Virus record (IMG/VR): IMGVR_UViG_2740892274_000011
DNA from: a virus
Taxonomy: Duplodnaviria > Heunggongvirae > Uroviricota > Caudoviricetes
Length of the DNA stretch: 4,120 nucleotides
Direction: 5' to 3' (one strand)
The position numbers and the translations under genes are program-made. Positions 1 to 4,120 of the stretch are shown one piece after another. The notes beneath the pieces are model-generated. The model ran no database searches. It was given only the letters and a program-made list of their open reading frames with translations, and was not told the origin of the DNA. Within the stretch, counting starts at the first letter, position 1. The number at the start of each line of letters is the position of its first letter.

Positions 1-64
1 GTCACTCTCGTCTGGGGAATATCTCCCCGGCAGCCTTCAGGGAAAAATATCATCAGATGGCTGC

Positions 65-238
65 TTAAAAAAAGAACAAATGGTAGTGTCCGCTATTGCC
101 AGTACACCTCAGGGTATAAGGGGTTATGGCCACCGGACTACCAAACGGCTGCCAGCCCTCTTTCAGTTTATGTGTCAGCTTTTCCGCAAGATCTGACGGC
201 GGCGCCGCCCTGACAACATCATAGTGTTTAAATGCCAT
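65..238 (-). CDS. small conserved prophage protein, 57 aa; resembles the DUF1737-type small proteins found just upstream of lysis genes in lambdoid prophages (family recalled from memory, unverified)
   Basis: ATG at 238-236 (rc) with GGTGGAAAG about 8 nt upstream; stop TAA at 67-65. Product MAFKHYDVVRAAPPSDLAEKLTHKLKEGWQPFGSPVAITPYTL... The tool ORF 65..253 starts 5 codons earlier at an ATG with no Shine-Dalgarno. Confidence 0.5.
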   Translation of the reverse strand: MAFKHYDVVRAAPPSDLAEKLTHKLKEGWQPFGSPVAITPYTLRCTGNSGHYHLFFF

Positions 239-250
239 GGTTCTTTCCAC

Positions 251-265
251 CATCTGAAAAATAAT
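251..265. repeat. direct repeat copy A (catctgaaaaataat), left boundary of the AT-rich insert
   Basis: Matches 847-863 at 15 positions with two 1-nt indels; sits at the junction between the ~50% GC phage backbone and the AT-rich segment. Confidence 0.4.
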
Positions 266-431
266 TCTTTAAAATACCTGACATGTAATACAGAAAAAAC
301 ACAAAACCATACCTTAAATAAAAACCTGATTATCAAGCAGATATGCATGGATAAACTACAAGACGAGATATAAACCACCCTGCATTTAAATAAACAATAA
401 ACAACATCAGAAAAATAATTCTGCTCTATGG

Positions 432-458
432 TTTACATTCAAAAATATCATTTATACT
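432..458 (+). promoter_or_regulatory. candidate sigma70 promoter for the 499-834 ORF
   Basis: -35 TTTACA (432-437) and -10 TATACT (453-458); spacer is 15 bp, which is shorter than optimal; A-rich upstream region. Confidence 0.3.
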
Positions 459-498
459 TTTCAGAACATCACCAGCAAGGCATAAACAAGGAAACTAA

Positions 499-834
499 AT
501 GAAGTGGATTGTGATTGATACAGTTATCCAGCCATCATGCGGAATATCTTTTTCAGTCATATGGAGTAAAATAAAATTAATAATCTGGTATCAATCGGAT
601 GCTTTCTTACCTCCTGAAAGTATATTTACACTGACTCACACAGGCATCATGCTCAATAACAAAGTGCTACCTGTAACCATTTACAACGTAGTACCATTCA
701 ATAAAACATTCTGGAATTCAATCAAAAATAGCCAGGAATGCCCTACAAATACAGATAACGTATTGAATGAATGCTTTAATAACCGTTGCACTCTGCAAAT
801 ATGTCCTTATGGACTAAAACAACAAAGTCCATAA
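499..834 (+). CDS. hypothetical protein, 111 aa, encoded opposite to the phage late operon inside an AT-rich insert
   Basis: ATG at 499 preceded by AAGGAAA (488-494) with a 6-nt spacer; candidate promoter upstream; 12-bp perfect hairpin overlaps the stop codon TAA at 832-834; no competing ORF on the other strand; AT-rich codon usage with 6 AUA codons. No recognisable family. Confidence 0.4.
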   Translation: MKWIVIDTVIQPSCGISFSVIWSKIKLIIWYQSDAFLPPESIFTLTHTGIMLNNKVLPVTIYNVVPFNKTFWNSIKNSQECPTNTDNVLNECFNNRCTLQICPYGLKQQSP

Positions 835-837
835 GGA
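804..837 (+). terminator. perfect 12-bp stem-loop (tccttatggact / 10-nt loop / agtccataagga) overlapping the stop of the 499-834 ORF; possible weak or bidirectional terminator
   Basis: Perfect inverted repeat 804-815 / 826-837; followed on the + strand by GTTTACT, which is only a partial U-tract. Confidence 0.3.
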
Positions 838-846
838 GTTTACTCA

Positions 847-863
847 CATCTGACAAAATCAAT
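847..863. repeat. direct repeat copy B (catctgacaaaatcaat), right boundary of the AT-rich insert
   Basis: Near-identical to 251-265; overlaps the U-tract of the minus-strand terminator. Confidence 0.4.
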
Positions 864-890
864 ATAAACAGCCCCTCCGGAGAGGGGCTG
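851..890 (-). terminator. rho-independent terminator of the minus-strand cargo unit
   Basis: 9-bp GC-rich stem (869-877 cagcccctc / 882-890 gaggggctg, loop cgga), followed on the minus strand by UUUAUAUUGAUUUUGUC. Confidence 0.7.
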
Positions 891-965
891 GAGAGTGGCG
901 CTATGTGCCATTGCATGGTGCCGGGTGCCTCCCGGTGAATTCAGTACCAGCACCTGAATCCGCGA

Positions 966-1201
966 TTATCCCATATACCTACTCGCTGATTGCCCCTCCG
1001 CACAGGGGGATTCACCATGCCAGTTTCTTTTAACAAACTCCCCGCAAACCAGACAACAGTCAACCGCCTGAATTGTGAAGTATTTAAAAATTTCTCCCGC
1101 TAACTGATACCCGGCTAACAGTCTGGCGTTTTCTTTTTCAGCAACGGGAAAGCAACAACCACCACACCCGCCACCAGCACACCGTCAGCCAGCACTGACA
1201 T
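966..1201 (-). pseudogene. candidate ~79-aa membrane-anchored ORF interrupted by a frameshift in an A-run (or read by -1 frameshifting); the N-terminal 28-codon ORF (1115-1201) encodes MSVLADGVLVAGVVVVAFPLLKKKTPDC
   Basis: ATG at 1201-1199. A 72-codon open frame with no canonical start (1184-969, stop 968-966) lies in the -1 frame and overlaps the 28-codon ORF. Adding one A to the A5 run at 1133-1138 fuses them into MSVLADGVLVAGVVVVAFPLLKKENARLLAGYQLAGEIFKYFTIQAVDCCLVCGEFVKRNWHGESPCAEGQSASRYMG. Weak RBS. Confidence 0.25.
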
Positions 1202-1281
1202 TATCCGGCTGCTGCAATGCCATTCACAAAAACAGTAAGCAATCACTTTTTACCGTAACAGGTGATAATCCAGATATGTAT

Positions 1282-1608
1282 CTACCCCAGATGAGTAATC
1301 CGAAGTTCATCCATACCACAGGTCCTGGCTATTCTGTTGTACTCCTGAACAAGAGCAAATAATTCTGAATTAGCAACCATGAACTCATCGCAAACCCTCT
1401 GTATAGCATCACTATTCAGAATAATAACGTCTCTTCCCGAAAGACGATCAGGAGTACAGAACAAAACTGTCAAACGGCTGAAGGCCTTTGCTCGTGCTGC
1501 ATTGACTATATCAATACGCTGCCTAAGGATGAAACACCCCGACGCCTCATCAATATTCACTCTACCCACACCATATGAATGATAAATATTTAATGCTGAA
1601 AAAACCAT
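1282..1608 (-). CDS. hypothetical protein, 108 aa from the ATG (117 aa from the upstream TTG at 1635); unrecognised cargo gene in the stx-equivalent position
   Basis: Open frame bounded by TAA just upstream of 1635 and TAG at 1284-1282; lies directly downstream of the phage tRNA genes on the late transcript; 6 of 11 Arg codons are AGA/AGG and 3 of 10 Ile codons are AUA; weak RBS at every candidate start. Confidence 0.45.
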   Translation of the reverse strand: MVFSALNIYHSYGVGRVNIDEASGCFILRQRIDIVNAARAKAFSRLTVLFCTPDRLSGRDVIILNSDAIQRVCDEFMVANSELFALVQEYNRIARTCGMDELRITHLG

Positions 1609-1745
1609 TAGACCGTATAACAAACACTCAATCAATACTTAACAGAACTTTTATTTTTGACAAACATAAAATATTTTCAACAATATCCTGAGCCAGGTAT
1701 ATTTCAGTATAAGGCTCTGCCGGAAGGAATCTGGAAGAATGAATA

Positions 1746-1822
1746 TGGCGCGCTGTACTGGATTCGAACCAGTGACCGATTGCTTAGAAGGCAATTGCTC
1801 TGTCCGGCTGAGCTAACAACGC
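1746..1822 (-). tRNA. tRNA-Arg (anticodon UCU), phage-encoded (argN/argO type of Stx and lambdoid phages)
   Basis: rc reads GCGTTGTTAGCTCAGCCGGACAGAGCAATTGCCTTCTAAGCAATCGGTCACTGGTTCGAATCCAGTACAGCGCGCCA; 7-bp acceptor stem, D-stem GCTC/GAGC, anticodon stem ATTGC/GCAAT with loop CTTCTAA, T-arm ACTGG-TTCGAAT-CCAGT, encoded CCA. Confidence 0.9.
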
Positions 1823-1836
1823 TGAATACCGATAAT

Positions 1837-1916
1837 GGACCGCCATCGGGGACCCGCCCCCGCACCAACAACCCTGTTATCGTGTCGTCTGCTCTTCCTG
1901 ATAAGCTAATGGCGGT
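1837..1916 (-). ncRNA. degenerate tRNA-like element (possible tRNA pseudogene in the middle slot of the cluster)
   Basis: 8-9 bp acceptor-like stem (ACCGCCAT...ATGGCGGT) followed by CCA; D-arm-like TAGCTTATCAGGAAGAGCA; GC hairpin CGGGG-GCGGGT-CCCCG in the T-arm position but no TTCRA T-loop and no anticodon stem that pairs. Confidence 0.25.
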
Positions 1917-1922
1917 TTGTGA

Positions 1923-1998
1923 TGGTGGCCCTTGCTGGATTTGAACCAGCGACCTGGCGATTATGAGTCGCTCGCTCTCACCACTGAGCTAAAGGGCC
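1923..1998 (-). tRNA. tRNA-Ile2-like (anticodon CAU; ileX/ileY/ileZ type, formally also compatible with tRNA-Met)
   Basis: rc reads GGCCCTTTAGCTCAGTGGTGAGAGCGAGCGACTCATAATCGCCAGGTCGCTGGTTCAAATCCAGCAAGGGCCACCA; canonical cloverleaf; anticodon loop CTCATAA; closely resembles E. coli ileX as recalled. Confidence 0.9.
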
Positions 1999-2034
1999 GG
2001 GAGCAGAATAATAACGGTCCGTAATTAATTCCGC

Positions 2035-2061
2035 AATAAAAAACCCGCTCGGCGGCGGGTT
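2035..2061 (-). terminator. rho-independent terminator, probable tR' (late-operon terminator that Q overrides)
   Basis: On the minus strand: stem CCCGC / loop CGCCGA / GCGGG, extendable to 7 bp with flanking A-U pairs, followed by UUUUUUAUU; lies 40 bp downstream of the Q stop and upstream of the tRNAs. Confidence 0.7.
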
Positions 2062-2100
2062 GTAGAAACTCTTCTAACGTCAGGCATAAAACGCCCATAG

Positions 2101-2955
2101 TTATGACGAATTTACCACAGATTCCGGAAAAATCAACCTAGTTACCTTTTTTAACTGCCGCTCAGCCCATGCTTCTTCAATATCAAACCGAGTCACCAGC
2201 GCATCATAGAATTTCTTAACTGTTTTTTCCCATGACGCGCGTGTTATCTGGTTTGTCACCTCGCATATAGCATTAAATGCCTCCGTTGATGGTAGTCTTT
2301 CATAGCCACGACCACCACAACGCTGGCAGTCTCTGATAACAGGCATACCACGTTTTACCGACTCTTCACGATGAATGGCGACACCACGCCCACGGCAATC
2401 CTTACAGGCGGTGGAAACCTCACCCTTTCCGCCACACTCCGGACAGGCAACTTTTACCACCTCCCTGACTTTTTTCCATTCTTCCCAGTAAGACGGATAC
2501 ACACCTTTCGTACACTTTGCCCATACCGGCGGCTTACCATCCGGATACTGGACCTTGTTTGTAAAAACTACGCTTTCAATAAATTTTTCCCCATAGCAAC
2601 AAGGGCACTGCTTTTTACTCGCTGCGCTGCGGGCATAATCCTCAAAAGCGTACGAAGCCATAATGCGCATCACTACCGGTTTTATTTCTGCCGGAAGTTT
2701 TCTCAACGCCGCCACACGATCGCACCGACTGAGTGCATAATCTGCCAGTAATTCTGTTGCCCGCGCCCTGTCATTCATACTGATGCCCATTTTCCCCAGG
2801 AACGCAGAAAACCCCATCTCAGCCCGATTCTGTGTCATGCCCTGCGCGGCCATCACATCAGTGATACTCAGCGCATCTTTTGACGTTGAGGCCGATGCAT
2901 CGGTCAGGCAAGGGGATTTTGGGGAGTAGTATTTCGGTAAATCTTCCAGTTTCAT
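2101..2955 (-). CDS. putative late-gene antiterminator Q (long 82/Qin-type), 284 aa, cysteine-rich with CxxCxGxG zinc-finger-like repeats
   Basis: Position is diagnostic: immediately downstream of rusA and upstream of pR'/tR' and the tRNA cluster. The start ATG (2955-2953) overlaps the rusA stop (ATGA). Motifs CPCC, CPECGGKG, CKDCRGRG, CQRCGGRG. Confidence 0.6.
   Translation of the reverse strand: MKLEDLPKYYSPKSPCLTDASASTSKDALSITDVMAAQGMTQNRAEMGFSAFLGKMGISMNDRARATELLADYALSRCDRVAALRKLPAEIKPVVMRIMASYAFEDYARSAASKKQCPCCYGEKFIESVVFTNKVQYPDGKPPVWAKCTKGVYPSYWEEWKKVREVVKVACPECGGKGEVSTACKDCRGRGVAIHREESVKRGMPVIRDCQRCGGRGYERLPSTEAFNAICEVTNQITRASWEKTVKKFYDALVTRFDIEEAWAERQLKKVTRLIFPESVVNSS
2109..2136 (-). 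promoter_or_regulatory. candidate late promoter pR' (extended -10 type) overlapping the 3' end of Q
   Basis: On the minus strand: -35 TTGATT (2136-2131), 16-bp spacer, TGG + TAAATT extended -10 (2117-2109); the predicted transcript to the terminator is about 65 nt. Confidence 0.35.
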
Positions 2956-3211
2956 TTTTTGACCTGCTCTTCATGCATTATGGGGTAAATCTTCACCCCC
3001 AGACGTCCACCAGATACTGGCTGACCACGAACGATATTGATTTCATCAAACTGCTCATCGTCCATTAACACTCCCGCATGTGTCAGTGCATCCAGTGGTG
3101 CTTTCAGGATATTGTCCAGGTCACGACGGCGCTTATCCGGTGGCTCTGCAATAATCTTTATCGCCAGTCTTCCGGACAGGCTTAATTTCAGTCGCTGCTG
3201 ACGGACAATAA
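2952..3211 (-). CDS. rusA: RusA-family Holliday junction resolvase (partial; 5' end lies in the N gap)
   Basis: Translation ...KRRRDLDNILKAPLDALTHAGVLMDDEQFDEINIVRGQPVSGGRLGVKIY... matches the RusA core motif (RRRDLDN..KA..DALT.AG..DD), as in DLP12 RusA; stop TGA at 2954-2952; 86 codons visible. Confidence 0.85.
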
Positions 3212-3633
3212 NNNNNNNNNNNNNNNNNNNNNNNNNNNNNNNNNNNNNNNNNNNNNNNNNNNNNNNNNNNNNNNNNNNNNNNNNNNNNNNNNNNNNNNNN
3301 NNNNNNNNNNNNNNNNNNNNNNNNNNNNNNNNNNNNNNNNNNNNNNNNNNNNNNNNNNNNNNNNNNNNNNNNNNNNNNNNNNNNNNNNNNNNNNNNNNNN
3401 NNNNNNNNNNNNNNNNNNNNNNNNNNNNNNNNNNNNNNNNNNNNNNNNNNNNNNNNNNNNNNNNNNNNNNNNNNNNNNNNNNNNNNNNNNNNNNNNNNNN
3501 NNNNNNNNNNNNNNNNNNNNNNNNNNNNNNNNNNNNNNNNNNNNNNNNNNNNNNNNNNNNNNNNNNNNNNNNNNNNNNNNNNNNNNNNNNNNNNNNNNNN
3601 NNNNNNNNNNNNNNNNNNNNNNNNNNNNNNNNN
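3212..3633. other. assembly gap (422 N)
   Basis: Run of N in the sequence. Confidence 1.
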
Positions 3634-3733
3634 TACGGATAGCGTCTTTTGTTATGCCCGTTTTTTCGAGTTGTTCAGCATGACGCAGCATTTCCTGCGC
3701 GTGTTTACGCAATTGTTCAGGGGTAAAAGTCAT
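3634..3733 (-). CDS. hypothetical nin-region protein, N-terminal 33 codons only (3' end in the gap)
   Basis: ATG at 3733-3731; MTFTPEQLRKHAQEMLRHAEQLEKTGITKDAIR...; same strand as and upstream of rusA; the tool ORF 3188..3748 is an artefact spanning the N run. Confidence 0.4.
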
Positions 3734-3868
3734 TGTCTGGTTGTTCAAAAGAAACGCTCCATCTTACTGCTGTCAGTTCGTTTATTACTGTATCTGCGCG
3801 GATTGCCGGGCTTCATGGGAGTGGAAAGCACCCGTGCACTTTCCTGGTCCACAGGCAGAAAATGTCCG

Positions 3869-4018
3869 TAGACTGGCCCCCTGAATCTCCAGACAACCAG
3901 TATCACTTAAATAAGTGATAGTCTTAATACTAGTTTTTAGACTAGTCATTGGAGTACAGATGATTGATGTCTTAGGGCCGGAGAAACGCAGACGGCGTAC
4001 CACACAGGAAAAGATCGC
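3869..4018 (+). mobile_element. IS2 left-end remnant (IRL, promoter/operator region and the first 20 codons of orfA), truncated at 4018/4019
   Basis: TAGACTGGCCCCCTGAATCTCCAGACAACCAgTATCACTTAAATAAGTGATAGTCTTAATACTAGTTTTTAGACTAGTCATTGGAGtACAGATGATTGATGTCTTAGGGCCGGAG... matches the IS2 left terminus as recalled, with 2 mismatches; similarity stops after AAGATCGC. Confidence 0.85.
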
Positions 4019-4076
4019 AATTGTGTCAACGCCACGATGTTTGACCGTTATTTGCCATTTTCATGCCCGCTAAATA
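3960..4076 (+). pseudogene. insC: truncated IS2 orfA (InsC); authentic for the first 20 codons ([20 protein letters not shown]), then reads into unrelated sequence
   Basis: Start ATG at 3960 as in IS2; diverges from IS2 orfA (…IAIVQQSF…) at codon 21; stop at 4074-4076. Confidence 0.6.
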
Positions 4077-4120
4077 CTTTCGTTACTGATGCTGTCCGCT
4101 TTCCACCATTTCATCATCAC

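Noticed and set aside
1-64. Possible start of the next late gene (holin) on the minus strand, and a 5-bp GGGGA/TCCCC hairpin at 14-28
   Set aside because: Too little sequence; the reading MIFFPEGCRGD... does not resemble lambda-, 21- or DLP12-type holins as recalled; the hairpin has no U-tract.
175-378. 67-aa minus-strand ORF from the six-frame track
   Set aside because: Overlaps the better-supported small ORF at 65-238 in another frame, runs through AT-rich non-coding sequence, has no RBS and a low-complexity product.
1133-1141. Programmed -1 ribosomal frameshift at G-AAA-AAG as the explanation for the split ORF
   Set aside because: Not rejected outright, but judged less likely than a homopolymer indel: the heptamer is not the canonical A-AAA-AAG and no stimulatory downstream structure was identified.
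1379-1582. 67-aa + strand ORF
   Set aside because: Lies entirely antisense within the better-supported minus-strand ORF 1282-1608; no RBS.
1000-1700. Shiga toxin stxA/stxB downstream of the tRNA cluster
   Set aside because: Checked because the Q-tRNA scaffold is Stx-phage-like; the ORFs here bear no resemblance to StxA or StxB as recalled.
1657-1944. 95-aa + strand ORF
   Set aside because: Overlaps the two tRNA genes and the tRNA-like element on the opposite strand; a frame artefact.
2371-2751. 126-aa + strand ORF
   Set aside because: Antisense within the Q-position CDS; typical shadow ORF.
2880-3068. 62-aa + strand ORF
   Set aside because: Antisense to the Q start and the rusA 3' end, both of which are well supported.
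3188-3748. 186-aa minus-strand ORF spanning the N run
   Set aside because: Chimeric: the poly-X is the gap. It joins the N-terminus of one gene (3634-3733) to an out-of-frame stretch, while the real rusA frame downstream of the gap is different.
3671-4003. Three overlapping ORFs from the track (3671..3871 +, 3733..3918 +, 3785..4003 -)
   Set aside because: They overlap the partial nin ORF start, the intergenic region and the IS2 terminal inverted repeat and operator region, which is non-coding in IS2; no RBS.
4015-4045. Partial resemblance of CAATTGTGTCAACGCCACG to the IS30 inverted repeat (CAATTGGTCAACGCAACA)
   Set aside because: The first bases of the IS30 terminus are missing and nothing downstream resembles the IS30 transposase start; probably coincidental.
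1-4120. CRISPR arrays or rRNA genes
   Set aside because: No regularly spaced direct repeats and no rRNA-like conserved segments were seen anywhere in the window.

Overview
This window is the late-regulatory region of a lambdoid (phage 82 / DLP12-like) prophage from an Escherichia/Shigella-type genome, with the phage genes read on the minus strand. Going from high to low coordinates: a truncated IS2 left end (3869-4018); a partial nin-region ORF; a 422-nt run of N (3212-3633); rusA (5' end lost in the gap); a cysteine-rich Q-type antiterminator (2101-2955); a candidate pR' promoter and a strong tR' terminator; then tRNA-Ile(CAU), a degenerate tRNA-like element and tRNA-Arg(UCU). Downstream of the tRNAs, in the slot where Stx phages carry stxAB, there is no toxin gene. 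Instead there is unrecognised cargo: a 108-117 aa ORF rich in AGA/AGG/AUA codons, a probable frameshifted ~79-aa membrane-anchored ORF, a strong intrinsic terminator, and a 581-bp AT-rich insert flanked by near-identical direct repeats that carries an opposite-strand 111-aa ORF with its own promoter, RBS and hairpin. The window ends with a small prophage ORF of the kind that precedes the lysis cassette. No rRNA or CRISPR array is present. All family assignments are from reading the sequence and from memory; no database search was run.
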